A stretch of DNA of 64,000 nucleotides from a virus (Duplodnaviria; Caudoviricetes): IMG/VR virus record IMGVR_UViG_3300043447_000250, positions 1-64,000 of that record; one strand, written 5' to 3'. Below are positions 1 through 11,500 of this stretch, one piece after another; positions within the stretch are counted from its first letter, which is position 1; each line of letters begins with the position of its first letter. The notes beneath the pieces were generated by a model. The model had not been told where the DNA came from, did no database searches, and worked only from the letters and a program-made list of their open reading frames with translations. The position numbers were made by a program, and so were the translations under genes.

Positions 1-444
1 CAGAAGATCATTCTCGCTATGCCACGTAAGTATCGTGCTATCAAGTCTAACTTGAAGTTCTATGCTGGTACAGACGCATTCCAGGGAATCATCAAGAACA
101 ACGGTACACTTGCAGACGCAATCGCTGAAGCATTCGCTGGTACACCAGCAGGTACCCCTGCAAACCGTCAGGCTTACCTTGATGGCGCAGCACAGACATT
201 CGGTGGAGCACGTACAACTCGTGTTCTCGGAATCGATGTGCAGGAAGTTCCTTACTACCCTGCAGGATATGTCGACTTGACATTCCCACAGAACCGTGTA
301 TGGGGATTCCAGCGTGACATCACTGTAAACCGTGAATACAAGCCAAAGAAGGACACTGTAGAATATACAGTCTTCGTACGCTTCGGTATTCAGTGGGAAG
401 AGCAGGATGCAATTGCATTCGCTGACGCTGCATCAGAAGACTAA
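1..444 (+). CDS. Major capsid protein, C-terminal part (5' end outside the window)
   Basis: Frame is open from base 1. The C-terminus (NRVWGFQRDITVNREYKPKKDTVEYTVFVRFGIQWEEQDAIAF) is typical of HK97-fold capsid ends. Followed by a hairpin and head-tail genes. Confidence 0.8.
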   Translation, partial: QKIILAMPRKYRAIKSNLKFYAGTDAFQGIIKNNGTLADAIAEAFAGTPAGTPANRQAYLDGAAQTFGGARTTRVLGIDVQEVPYYPAGYVDLTFPQNRVWGFQRDITVNREYKPKKDTVEYTVFVRFGIQWEEQDAIAFADAASED

Positions 445-462
445 TTCTGTTCAGTAACATTT

Positions 463-497
463 AGGGGGAGTAGGAGTTAACGCTCCTGCTCCCCTTA
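463..497 (+). terminator. Hairpin terminator after the capsid gene
   Basis: GGGGAGTAGGAG-ttaacg-CTCCTGCTCCCC inverted repeat; the U-tract is weak. Confidence 0.6.
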
Positions 498-507
498 CTA
501 CTTATAA

Positions 508-516
508 TGATATAAT
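508..516 (+). promoter_or_regulatory. Extended -10 promoter (TGnTATAAT)
   Basis: TGATATAAT upstream of SD AAGGAGG and ATG 534. Confidence 0.65.
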
Positions 517-533
517 ACTACAAGGAGGAAATC

Positions 534-1013
534 ATGGAAAATTATAATAATCCGTTTAAGCCAAAGGATGATGCTCCAGTTGTTGAAGAGGCAGTTGTTG
601 AAGCACCTGTAGAAGAGACACCAGTTGTCGAAACTCCAGTTGTTGAAGAAGTTACTCCAGAGCCTGTAAAGGCAGAGGAGGCTCCAGCAGAAGAGCCAAC
701 AGCGATTGCAACATCAGATTTTGCAAAGTCAGAGGCAGAAGTACAGGCAGTAGGATCAGTTGCTAATGGTGCAATTGGTGTAACTACAGCACCAAAGTCT
801 GAGCCAAAGCCTGTAAAGAAGGCTGCTGCAAAGAAGCCTGCAAAGGAAGACACAGTTGCTATCCACTCAACAAGAAATGTAACCTGGGAGGGTATTGGTA
901 AGGTCTATCGTGGCTACAATATCGTAACTAAGGAAGCAGCAGAGCAATGGCTCACACGTTCACATATCCGTATTGCTACACCTGAAGAAGTTGCTAAGGA
1001 ATTCGGTAAGTAA
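534..1013 (+). CDS. Hypothetical virion-region protein with E/A/P-rich N-terminus
   Basis: Strong SD, low-complexity N-terminus, compact C-terminal domain; lies between capsid and neck genes. Confidence 0.7.
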   Translation: MENYNNPFKPKDDAPVVEEAVVEAPVEETPVVETPVVEEVTPEPVKAEEAPAEEPTAIATSDFAKSEAEVQAVGSVANGAIGVTTAPKSEPKPVKKAAAKKPAKEDTVAIHSTRNVTWEGIGKVYRGYNIVTKEAAEQWLTRSHIRIATPEEVAKEFGK

Positions 1014-1016
1014 ACA

Positions 1017-1925
1017 ATGGAAGTAATGAGAGTTCCACCTTATCCTATCACAACAACATGGACATTGCCATACCCAGATTATGAGTATCTTGTCTATGTT
1101 GAGGATTTGGTGGACCACTCAGTAACAGAGGCTGCTATGTCTTCAGATGAGAACGGCATTTTAGTCTACGAACTACCACTTGCACAGGTACAGTATGACC
1201 GCAAGTTTTTTATTAAGTTTTATGATACAGAGGGAGAGCACACCCTGTATGAGAGCAACCTAGATATTATTCGTCCATACGTAAACCCCTCAGACTTAGG
1301 ATCAACAGCCTCAGAGATCGCAGAATATAAAATGCTTGAACTCGTCGCTAGATCAATTATTGATACACAGATTAATGATGGTTTTTATAATCACAAGCAG
1401 GTTATTCAGTGCGTTGGCCAGGGTACAGATTACTTGCCACTATGGGTAGACTCATACAAGGTGCTAAAAGTATACGAGAACAATGTTTTAGTATTTGATA
1501 TTGACACACCAGATGAAAATGTTTATGACTATAGGATTACCTTAGATAATACAGCAATACAAAGAACTATTACAGAGACATTCAACAGGAATGAAATTGC
1601 TCCACCTAACATGCCAGTGGCTCGTGGAGATCTGGGGTATTACGGGTACCAGTCAGTAGCATTCCCACAAGGATATGACTACACACTTATTGTTGATACT
1701 GGATATAAAGCAATTCCAGCAGATGTAGAATATGCTACAAGACTATTGATTGAAGATATCAAGTGTGGAAGACTAGACTACTACAAGAGATATGTCACAG
1801 CATATAATACTGATCAGTTTAGAATCCAGTTTGATAAGGCATTATTTAATGGCACTGGAAATCTAATAGTAGATAAGATTTTGGATAAGTATTCTAATAC
1901 AATTACTAAACCTGGGATTCTGTAA
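1017..1925 (+). CDS. Putative head-tail connector/adaptor protein
   Basis: Synteny; GYKAIPADVEYATRLLI resembles the gp6-like adaptor motif. Confidence 0.6.
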   Translation: MEVMRVPPYPITTTWTLPYPDYEYLVYVEDLVDHSVTEAAMSSDENGILVYELPLAQVQYDRKFFIKFYDTEGEHTLYESNLDIIRPYVNPSDLGSTASEIAEYKMLELVARSIIDTQINDGFYNHKQVIQCVGQGTDYLPLWVDSYKVLKVYENNVLVFDIDTPDENVYDYRITLDNTAIQRTITETFNRNEIAPPNMPVARGDLGYYGYQSVAFPQGYDYTLIVDTGYKAIPADVEYATRLLIEDIKCGRLDYYKRYVTAYNTDQFRIQFDKALFNGTGNLIVDKILDKYSNTITKPGIL

Positions 1926-2371
1926 TGATTTGCGATACACCAGACTTTATGTTCCCAATGCAAGCAGATGTTTTTTATCCTATTGTAGAGCAAGGTCTTT
2001 ATGGCGATTTAACAAAGCACTGGATTTTAGATCGAACAATAGTTGGAAACTTTATTCCACTAAGCAAAACTGGTAAAGAGGAAATAACCCCAAATGTTAA
2101 TATAACTAAAGAGTCAATATTGGTTTGTCGTGTAAAAAATGATATTCGTATTTCTACAAAAGAAGACGGGAACTCTGTAACAAATATTATTATTACTAAT
2201 ATTAAAGATAGAAATTTAAACGAGGTTTATACAGAGACTTCTGGACCACGTAAGGGTAAGTCTACGATATACGAAATAGCCACCCAGGAGCCTTATCTAG
2301 GCCCTTTTGGAAGTGTCGAGTACTACAACGTGGTATTGCGTAGATCAGAGAACCAGGCGAGTGATGCATGA
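1925..2371 (+). CDS. Putative head-closure (stopper) protein
   Basis: Synteny, size, beta-rich sequence; coupled to its neighbours. Confidence 0.5.
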   Translation: MICDTPDFMFPMQADVFYPIVEQGLYGDLTKHWILDRTIVGNFIPLSKTGKEEITPNVNITKESILVCRVKNDIRISTKEDGNSVTNIIITNIKDRNLNEVYTETSGPRKGKSTIYEIATQEPYLGPFGSVEYYNVVLRRSENQASDA

Positions 2372-3045
2372 TTACTTTAAAGTTTGATAGCCGTGCTTTT
2401 GAGAGAGAAATGAAAAACCTCATGGACTATTCTGTTGGATTTGTTGACGGTCTTGAGATTGGTAAAAAAGAGTTTTTAAATAGTTTAGGGCCAGTAATCA
2501 CAGAGCAAGCATCACAATTTATTGATGCAAATGCTAGATTAGATTATCAGTCTCTACACCATGTATACGAATGGTCACAAACTGGATCTCCACAAAGCAG
2601 ACTGTTTGACATTAACTTTACTGTAAGCAATCTTGGACTTTCTTTTATCTCAGAATTTCGGCAATCGACATCAGTTAAGAATGGATCATCAGCCCCATTC
2701 TATGACAAAGCAAGAGTCATGGAAGAGGGCACTTCTGTAGTAATTAAGCCAAGAGAATCTCAAGCGCTTCGTTTTGAGGTAGGCGGAGAAGTTGTTTATA
2801 CTAAAAAGCCAGTTGTTGTAGATAGTCCTGGAGGAAATACAAAGGGTCAGTTCGCAAATGCTTTTGACATGTTTTTTGGAAAGTATTTTTCTCAAGCATT
2901 TTTACGTTCAAGTGGGCTTGCTAGGTATTTTGAAAATCCAGAAGTCTATAGGAAAAATATATCTTCTGGAATTAAAGGTGGAAGATCTGTCGGTCTGGCT
3001 ACTGGTTCTAGATGGATCGCAAATGCAGGGAGGGTTGTACGATGA
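2368..3045 (+). CDS. Putative neck/tail-completion protein (HK97 gp10-like position)
   Basis: Synteny; FYDKARVMEEGT...IKPR..LRF motif. Confidence 0.5.
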   Translation: MITLKFDSRAFEREMKNLMDYSVGFVDGLEIGKKEFLNSLGPVITEQASQFIDANARLDYQSLHHVYEWSQTGSPQSRLFDINFTVSNLGLSFISEFRQSTSVKNGSSAPFYDKARVMEEGTSVVIKPRESQALRFEVGGEVVYTKKPVVVDSPGGNTKGQFANAFDMFFGKYFSQAFLRSSGLARYFENPEVYRKNISSGIKGGRSVGLATGSRWIANAGRVVR

Positions 3046-3701
3046 CTGAATCAACATTAAATACACCAGGTTTATGGGTAAACAAATATCTACAGGAAAA
3101 GATTTTTGAATTTACTCAGAATGAAACAAAGCGTGGGATAGCAATTCCATTCTTCCCTACAAGACCAGGAACAATAGATGACCTTACAGAGCAATGGGTG
3201 GTTATTCCTACAGGAGAGTTAGACATTTCTGGAGTTCCAATCTCTGAACGTGTTCCTTACCAGGGAGTACTTGCCGTATATGATAGATTGATCAGAATGA
3301 GACGATCTCCATTCCCACACATTAAGTGTGAACAATTACTTTATTATTTTTATGCAACCGAAAATACAGTGACTAACAACATGGTCGAAATTCAAGAGGC
3401 AGTCCTAAGACTTATGGACCGTGGGGACGAAACAGCCGAAGATATAAACAACTGGGCTAAAGGAAAGACCATTGGAGGTCTTCAGCCAAAATTCTACTTT
3501 CACAACTTCAAGGTCTATCAATTAGAAGAAGTTAGAGATATTATTGATTTCGGAACAGCCAGAACATTTGGCGGAAATAAGATTATTATTGACTTTGACT
3601 ATCATCAAAAGTCTAACAATTATTTTGAGACAGTTGAATCTACACCAGATAGACCAAGGTATGATACAGACTCAGTTGCCACTGAGGGTATTTTACCATA
3701 A
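3042..3701 (+). CDS. Putative tail terminator protein
   Basis: Immediately upstream of the tail tube gene; ATG 3042 overlaps the previous stop (ATGA). Confidence 0.5.
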   Translation: MTESTLNTPGLWVNKYLQEKIFEFTQNETKRGIAIPFFPTRPGTIDDLTEQWVVIPTGELDISGVPISERVPYQGVLAVYDRLIRMRRSPFPHIKCEQLLYYFYATENTVTNNMVEIQEAVLRLMDRGDETAEDINNWAKGKTIGGLQPKFYFHNFKVYQLEEVRDIIDFGTARTFGGNKIIIDFDYHQKSNNYFETVESTPDRPRYDTDSVATEGILP

Positions 3702-3718
3702 AAGATTATTAAAAAGGC

Positions 3719-3727
3719 TGTTATACT
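3719..3727 (+). promoter_or_regulatory. Extended -10 promoter for the tail tube gene
   Basis: TGTTATACT; SD GAGGTG before ATG 3782. Confidence 0.55.
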
Positions 3728-3781
3728 TATCAATGAGGAAACAAGCCCTTTATTCTATAAGAAAAAAAGAGGTGAAACACT

Positions 3782-4408
3782 ATGGCAGAATATACAAGAG
3801 GTACTAGCAACAACATCATCGTTGGTGCTGCAGCACTTTTTACATACGAAGCAGGCGTTTTAACAGACGCTGATCTTCCAGCATACGCAGATGGCGATTC
3901 ATTCCGTAAGACACTTACAAATGACGCTGACTTCCGTAACGTTGGATACACAATGAACGGCCTTGAGATCCAGTTCCAACCTGACTTCGGTGAAGTTAAG
4001 GTTGATCAGGTCCTTGACGTTGCTAAGTTGTACAAGCAGGGAATGCAGGTCTCATTGAAGACAACATTCGCTGAGTCAACACTTGAGAATCTTCTATTCT
4101 CATTAGCAGGAAAGGATGCAGACCTTACAACAGTCTCATCTAACCCAACACTTAACCTTACTGCAGGAGACATCGGCGAATGCCCTGTTGAGCGTGGTTT
4201 GGTTGCTGTAGGTCCAGGTACAGGTGACTGTGCAGTTGGATCAGAACTCGAAAGAGTTTACGTAGCATACCGTGCACTTTCAATTGAAAATGTTACAGTA
4301 TCTGCAAAGCGTGACGAGGCGACAATGTTCGAAGTATCATTCCGCCTTCTTCCAAATGACAATGCGTCATATGGTAAGATCGTTGATCGCACAATCCCAG
4401 CAGCATAA
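3782..4408 (+). CDS. Major tail tube protein
   Basis: Siphoviral tube motifs (VGYTMNGLEIQFQPDFGEVKVDQ; ESTLENL); followed by a terminator, chaperones and the TMP. Confidence 0.85.
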   Translation: MAEYTRGTSNNIIVGAAALFTYEAGVLTDADLPAYADGDSFRKTLTNDADFRNVGYTMNGLEIQFQPDFGEVKVDQVLDVAKLYKQGMQVSLKTTFAESTLENLLFSLAGKDADLTTVSSNPTLNLTAGDIGECPVERGLVAVGPGTGDCAVGSELERVYVAYRALSIENVTVSAKRDEATMFEVSFRLLPNDNASYGKIVDRTIPAA

Positions 4409-4424
4409 TACAACTTAATATGAG

Positions 4425-4458
4425 AGGCTCAATCCTTCGGGGTTGGGCCTTTCTTTTT
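4425..4458 (+). terminator. Rho-independent terminator
   Basis: AGGCTCAATCC-TTCG-GGGTTGGGCCT followed by TTCTTTTT. Confidence 0.85.
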
Positions 4459-4466
4459 GGTATACT
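4458..4466 (+). promoter_or_regulatory. Extended -10 promoter, leaderless geometry
   Basis: TGGTATACT, 6 nt, then ATG 4473; no SD. Confidence 0.65.
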
Positions 4467-4472
4467 TATATA

Positions 4473-5156
4473 ATGGCTACAGAAATCTATCAAATTAATA
4501 ACGTCTATTTAATGGACGGGACAGAACTAGAAATCTCACCATTAAAAATAAAATACTTAAGAATATTCATGAAGCAGTTCGATGAAGTTAGAAGTGCTGA
4601 AAATGATATTGATGCAATTTCTGCACTAGCCAGATGTGCAATGACCTGCATGAAACAGTACCTACCAAGGCTATCAGTTTCAATTGAGGAGTTTGAGGAC
4701 TCTGTAGACTTAAAGACTATTTATCTTATTTTAGAATATGCTGCTGGTATTAAGGTAGATAAAGACTCAGACGAGTCAGTAAAAAAGCAAGCAGTAGATA
4801 GTGGATCTTCTTGGGATGACTTAGATTTAGCAAAACTAGAATCAGAGGTTTTTCTGCTGGGGATTTGGAAAGATTATGACGAACTAGAAAGATCTCTCTC
4901 TATGCAAGAGTTAACCTCTATCTTGAACATTAAAAGAGAAGAAGATTATTCACATAAAAAATTCCTTGCAGCGATGCAGGGTGTAGACCTTGACAAGGGT
5001 AACGATAGATCTAATGCCTGGGAAGAAATGAAGGCTAGAGTCTTTAGTGGTGGAGCAGCAGCAAACTCTAAGGATATTGTTGCACTACAAGGAGTGAGTG
5101 CACAAAAGGCTGGTTTCGGAATCGGAATGGGCCTAGACTACGAAAGAATAGGCTAA
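4473..5156 (+). CDS. Tail assembly chaperone, long (GT-like) form
   Basis: Lies between tube and TMP. The N-terminal ~95 aa are paralogous to 5209..5520. The C-terminal part (W.DYDELERSLSMQEL) is gpT-like. Confidence 0.75.
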   Translation: MATEIYQINNVYLMDGTELEISPLKIKYLRIFMKQFDEVRSAENDIDAISALARCAMTCMKQYLPRLSVSIEEFEDSVDLKTIYLILEYAAGIKVDKDSDESVKKQAVDSGSSWDDLDLAKLESEVFLLGIWKDYDELERSLSMQELTSILNIKREEDYSHKKFLAAMQGVDLDKGNDRSNAWEEMKARVFSGGAAANSKDIVALQGVSAQKAGFGIGMGLDYERIG

Positions 5157-5172
5157 AAATAAGCATGGCCTA

Positions 5173-5181
5173 TGGTATAAT
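5173..5181 (+). promoter_or_regulatory. Extended -10 promoter
   Basis: TGGTATAAT upstream of SD GGAGG and ATG 5209. Confidence 0.65.
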
Positions 5182-5208
5182 TAACTAACCAAACCTAATG
5201 GAGGAATA

Positions 5209-5520
5209 ATGTCAGATACAACAACAAAGTCAATCACACTAATCGATGGTACTAAGGTCGACGTACGACCACTAAAGATTTCTTTGTTAAAGGACTTTAT
5301 GAAGCGATTTCAGGAACTTGCTGAAGTAGCAGAAAATAATGATCAGTCTATGGATGTTCTTATGGACTGTGTAGAGATTGCATTCAAGCAATATTTGAAG
5401 GATCCAGTTACACGTGAAGAATTAGAGGATAATATTGATCTTCCAACAGTCTACCAAGTTATCGATGCAGCATCAGGTATCCAACTCACTGATCCTACAG
5501 CATTGCTTACAGGAAGATAA
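5209..5520 (+). CDS. Tail assembly chaperone, short (G-like) form
   Basis: Directly before the TMP; paralogous to the N-terminus of the preceding gene. Confidence 0.75.
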   Translation: MSDTTTKSITLIDGTKVDVRPLKISLLKDFMKRFQELAEVAENNDQSMDVLMDCVEIAFKQYLKDPVTREELEDNIDLPTVYQVIDAASGIQLTDPTALLTGR

Positions 5521-5549
5521 TTAAATAAGAAAATGGGGTGTTATGAAAA

Positions 5550-8500
5550 GTGTCAGATGTAAACGCTAATATCGGTATACAGTTTGACACTGCCAACGCC
5601 CTTGCACAGTTAAGGCAACTACAGGCTGGTCTTAGTAAGTTTAACCAGTCACTCACTGAGGGTAATGTTGCTGCTGCAAATGCACAAAAGGGACTAAACG
5701 CACAACTTGTCCAGTCTATTAATGCGACTGGCAAGTTTGTTGCGTCCCAGAAAACAATTGCTTCTAGTACAGCATCTTTTACTGAGGCACTAGAAAAAAA
5801 TAAGTTAAGCATGAGCGAGTACTTCAGGTTTACTGGCGCTGCAGCAACAATGAACAGTAAGAGCCTCAAGGGGTTTTTCTCTAAAGAAAAAGAGATTCTG
5901 ACTCGTGCTAGTAAAGACAGAGTAAAGGCACTTCAGACACAGTATATTCAATTAACTAATGCTCAGGGTGACCTAGTTAAGGTTCTACAGGTTGTTCCAA
6001 AACATCTTAAGATGGTTAATGGTGAGTATGCTGACTATGCAACAAGAACTCAGATGGCTGCACAAAGACAGCAGTTCCTTAATCAATTAATTAAGCAGGG
6101 TTCAACACAACTTTTAAACTTTGGTAAGAACACGCAGTGGGCTGGTCGTCAGTTGATGGTTGGTTTTACTATTCCATTAACGATGTTGGGGTCAGCAGCA
6201 TCTAAGGTATTTAGAGAAATGGAAATGGCCGTTGTAGGATTTACCAGAGTATATGGTGATATGACAACAGGAATGGCAGATACAGAAAAGGCTGTTGCGT
6301 CAATCCAGCAACTTGCAAAAGAATTTACTAAGTTTGGAATTGCTGCAACTGATACAGTAAACATGGCTGCTAAAGCAGCAGCAATGGGTCTTACGGGATC
6401 TGCTTTAACAGCACAAGTTACAGCAGCAACAAAACTTGCTGTACTTGGTCAGGTAGAACAGCAGCAAGCACTAGAAACAACTATTTCTCTGCAGAATGCT
6501 TTTGGTATTAGTGCAGACCAACTTGCTCAAAAGATTAACTTCCTTAACGCAGTTGAAAACCAAACTGTTCTTTCTATTGAAGACTTAACAATTGCAATTC
6601 CAAAGGCTGGACCAGTTATTAAGCAACTTGGTGGCGATGTAGAGGATTTAGCATTCTTTATGACTGCTATGAAAGAAGGCGGAATCAATGCATCAGAAGG
6701 TGCAAACGCACTTAAGTCTGGACTAGCATCTCTTATTAACCCTTCTAAAAAAGCATCAGAGGTTCTTGCTGGATTTGGTATCAACGTAAAGGGAATTGTT
6801 GATGCAAACGCTGGAGATCTTAAGGCAACCGTTGTAGGCTTTGCTAGAGCACTTGATACGCTAGACCCACTCAATAGAGCAAGAGCAATTGAAACAATGT
6901 TCGGTAAGTTTCAGTTTGCAAGACTATCAACACTATTCCAAAACATAACTAAGGATAGTTCTCAGGCAGCAAGAGCACTGGGGCTAGCAGGAGCATCTGT
7001 TGAAGAGTTAGCAATCCTTTCTGAGCGAGAACTTGGCAAGGTTGAGAACGCTGTTGGTGTTAAGTTTCAGAAGCAGTTAGAAAATGTAAAGTTACAACTT
7101 ATACCAATTGGAAAAGCATTCTTAGAAGCAATAACTCCAGTAGTTCAATTTGCTGGAAAGATTTTAGAAAAGTTTAATAACCTAAGTGCTGGAACAAAAA
7201 AGTTTGTAGTTGGCTTTATTGCCATATTAGGCGGTATTGCTCCAGTTGCACTTATGACTGTTGGTCTTGTTGCTAACGGTGTTGCCAACTTGATTAAATT
7301 CTTTGGAATGCTTCGTGGTGGAATGGCCAAACTTAATGGCCAAAATAATGTTCTTGGTGGCGGATTCGATTACCTTACCCAGGCAGAAATTGATAACTTA
7401 GCACAGTCACAAGCACTACATACCTCGCACCAAGATTTAATATCAACCTTCAATGTTGAAAAGGCATCTGTAGATGCCCTTGCTGTTGCATATCAAAATG
7501 CAGCATCTCAAGCAAGAGCACTTGCATCAGGATCTCCAGGATTGTTCAATGCTGTTCCTGGAGCACAAGGTGCAGTATCAGGTCTTCCAAAGTATGCTGG
7601 AGGAAAGAAATCTGATGTGGTATCAGTGGGCGGTACAGGAAATCAAGACACAGAATTAGCATTACTTACACCAGGAGAAACAGTTGTATCTGCTCCAATG
7701 AGCAAGAAGTACGGATCATTAATTAATGCAATGATTGATGACAACGTTCCTGGATATAAGAGGTCAAAGAGAGCAAAAGAAGTAGTAGACCCATTACTGA
7801 ATGGCAAAAGTCCCCAAAGCCTACAAGATATAATCGACACCCTTGAAGTGAGAAGGGGAGTTAATATAGCCGAACAACCAACAAGCGGTGCGGTGCAAGG
7901 TGGCACTTTCCTAGATGCAGCATTTTCAGTAGATGCGATGATGGCTCCAGGTAATACTGCTTCTGGTCCAGGAATGGATATGGGTTGGCTGGCGGAATCA
8001 GATGAGGCAACAGCATCTATTGTGTCTGCACTAAAGGTTGGCCAAATGAGAGTGGAAGGCGCTTCAGTAAGTCAGGAAAACTATGCTAAGTTTTGGGCAG
8101 ACCTAACTCCAGAATTAGATGAACTTGCAGGTATTTTCCAGTCTCAAGCCAGAGGAGCAAAAGATGTAGATGATGCTGGTAAAAAAGCCTACCCATTAAT
8201 TGTTCAAAGAATTCAAGAGATGGAAGAAAGTGGAAGGCTATCTGCTGAAGACGCTGCAAAACTTCAATTAAGAACTAGAGCACTACTTGCACCAACACCA
8301 GAAGATCGATTAGCAAAAAGAAACAGAAGGTTTGAACTTGCTGTAGATCCAGAAACTGGTGGGGAAAAGGTAAAGAAGGTAAGTTGGGATGGAAGAGCGA
8401 CTGATGAAGGCCCAACATATTCTTCAGAACCTTTTCAACAAGCCTTTCCAATGGAACTTGAAAAAAGAGGAATACCTCTTCCAGCAAACTATGATAAGTA

Positions 8501-11500
8501 TCAGTTTGCACACGTAGCAGATAGGCTAGAAGGAGAAACAACAACAAGGCCTGTAACTTTAAGAAAGTATAGAGATGCAACAGGTGGTACTCCAGGAGAA
8601 GTAGAGTTAGCAAGACGTGCAGCAGCAGGTGAAGAAATTAGGCCTGGAGATACGGTATCTTCAAAGGAAGAGTTAGATTCATGGGTTAGAGAAAAGATTG
8701 ATTTAGAGTCACAGAATGAACTTGCAGATGCTGTTGATCAGCAAATTGAAAATGCAAAAACAAAAGCAAAGGTTAAGTCTCCGTCAGAAAGAACAAGAGA
8801 ACTTGGCAAAAACATTGCAGATGGACTTAAGGTTGGAATGGAAGAGGGTGAAGCAGGGGTAAGAGCCCAGTCAGACAAACTTACAGATGCTGCAATCCCA
8901 TCCGCAGCACAAACACAGGCCAAGGTTGATAGAATGGACCTGGGCAACAAGGCCTTCTATGATGACCTAAAGACTCCAGATACTCAAGATCAAAGACAGG
9001 TCCTTAAGTCAATAGATAGACAAAACAGAAAACTTGGAGTAGGTCGCAATGTTGTTGTGCCACAAGATCCTGTAAGTGGAAATGTTAGTCCATCTTCAGC
9101 AAACATTTCTGTAACAAATAATAAAACAATTATTAACCAGGCAGCCGAAGTTGCTGCAAAAGCACAGGTTGATGCATCTAACGCCGAAAAGGTTGCAGCA
9201 GATTTAAGAATAAAAGCAGCGAAGTGGTCGGAAGTTGCAGCACGTGAGTCTGGCAAGAATGCGTACACCGCTGACAATGCAAAAGAACTTGAAAAGAGAG
9301 CAAGTCAAGCAGAACAGAGAGCAGCAGAATTAAGAATTAAGGCTGCTGAAGAGCAAGCAAGAGCAGCATCAATTGCAAGAGAAGATGGCAGCGATGGTTC
9401 GATTGAGGCTGAGGTTGCAAAGGAAAAGGCAAATGAGGCAGAGAAAAAAGCAGCAGAGGCTAGAATCAAAGCAGCAGAAGCAGAGCAAAAAGCAGCGGAA
9501 GAAAGAAAATTACGTGCAGAGCAGGGGCTTGAAACTGCAGAAGATCCAGTTAAAATTACAGAATCAATTAAAAAGGAAGAAGAGTTAGTCGCTAATGGAA
9601 CACAAGAGAAGGGCGACTTATTAAGAAGAAGTGTCGCAGGGTCAGAAGATGTGGCAGACTCAACTGTACTAGTTGCAGATCAGACTTCAGACCTCGCTGA
9701 TGCAACACAAGAAGCATTAAATACTCAACTAGAAAGCAATGACAACCTTGTTACTTCTGCAGAATTAACAGATGTAACTGCTGCAAACCTTGGAGATGTT
9801 CTTCAAGCAACAGATCAGACAGGCTTGGCGCAACAAGATCTTGCAGAATCTTCAAATGAAATTGCAAAAACCAACGACGACATCTTAAAACTAAAGCAAG
9901 AACAGCGTGACAAACTTAAGAAGTACAATGCAGAAGCAGCAGCACGAGCAGCAGCAGAAGGTGCAATCCCAGAGGCATCTCAAACAAATGGCAAGACTGG
10001 AGTGCCTTCAACAGTCCTTAGTTCTACTGATGCATATGAGGAAGCAATGGGATGGTTGCCTGGTACTCATGGACCAGATGATCCAGGCTCAGATGGCTAT
10101 ACAAAAGATAAAAAGGGAAGACTTTTGTTTGACCCAGAGACTGGTCAACCAACAACATTAAAAGAAAAGGCTCTTAAGCAAAAAGCAAGAGGCCTCCGTC
10201 GTGAAAAGGTATCCAAGTTTTCTGGAAAGGTTTCTGGTGGTCTTGGTACTGCAGCCATGGTTTCTGGTATGGTCGGCGCTCCTCCACAAGTTACAGCAGC
10301 ACTTGGTGGCGCAGCCACTGTTGCTCAGTTTGCACCAATGATTGCAGGTCTTGGTCCAATTGGAATGGCAGTAGCAGGTGTCGCAGCAGTTGGAGTAGGA
10401 CTTTATGCTTTCAATAAGCACCTTCAAGGATCACAAGATGCTCAGGCAAAGTTTGTTCGTGAAACATCTGCATCAACAAAGAAGATGGCAGAAATCGGGG
10501 CAATTACTGGTAAAGTCGGAGCATCTGAAATTATGGCTAAGAGAAGAGCCACAGGAACATCTAAGGATTATATTGCCAGAGAAAGACAAGGATCTCAATT
10601 TGGAGACACATTCTTACAGTCTGATGTAGGAAAGAATATGTCAAAGATTCTTCAAAAGAATATTGAAAAGAGTGGCGCTAAAGAAGCAGTTAAGGTTTTT
10701 GGAGCAGAACTTGCTGCATATGTTCAAGATGGTGTTTTAACTGCAGAGCAAGCACAGAGCATTGCTCAACAAATTGGAATTAATTTTAAGGACACAAAAT
10801 TAGGAATCAATGTTGATGCAGAAATCTCCGCCTTAATTGGTCCAAATGGAGAAGATCTTAAGAAGGATCCTATTGTTGTAGCAACAAGATTAGTAACAAC
10901 TGCTGAGAATAGATCTCAAAGATCTTTGGCAAATATGAAGGCAGCACAAGCCGACGGCCACTGGGGTTCTACTGAGGCTGCAGATCTAGCAGCAACTGAT
11001 GCAGCAGCAGTTCAAATGGCTCAAATGCAAGCAGATGCTGTTGCTAAGAAGTTCGATGATGAAATTAGAGCGCTAGAAACTCAACTTGCCCAAACAAAGA
11101 ATAAAGAAAAGCAAGTTAAGTTAGAAAAAGAATTGAGTGAACTTAAGACAAAGGCAAATACTGCAGAAATTCAAATGAATAATCTCGTTGCAGATTCTGT
11201 AGATAATGCTGTTAATCGTTTCAAAGATAACATTCAGTATGAGACCACGTATATAGATGGTTTAACTCTTGGGTTGTCAAAACTTTGGGGTGGCGGAAAT
11301 CAGCGTGAAGCAGGCTATATGCGAGGACTCTCTGGAGCAGTAACAGATAAGTATGCAAACACAGAGCAAGCAACGATGGCACAAACCGTACAAGACAGAT
11401 TGGCAAAATATAGTGACGGTGGAGCATTCCTTGGACTAGGAACAGATAACTATACTGAGGCTGGATTTGCTGGAGGTAAGGAGGCACAAAACTTTGAAGT

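Noticed and set aside
4473-5520. Programmed -1 frameshift between the tail chaperones
   Set aside because: The ORFs are separated by a 52-nt spacer with its own promoter and SD, and the long form comes first
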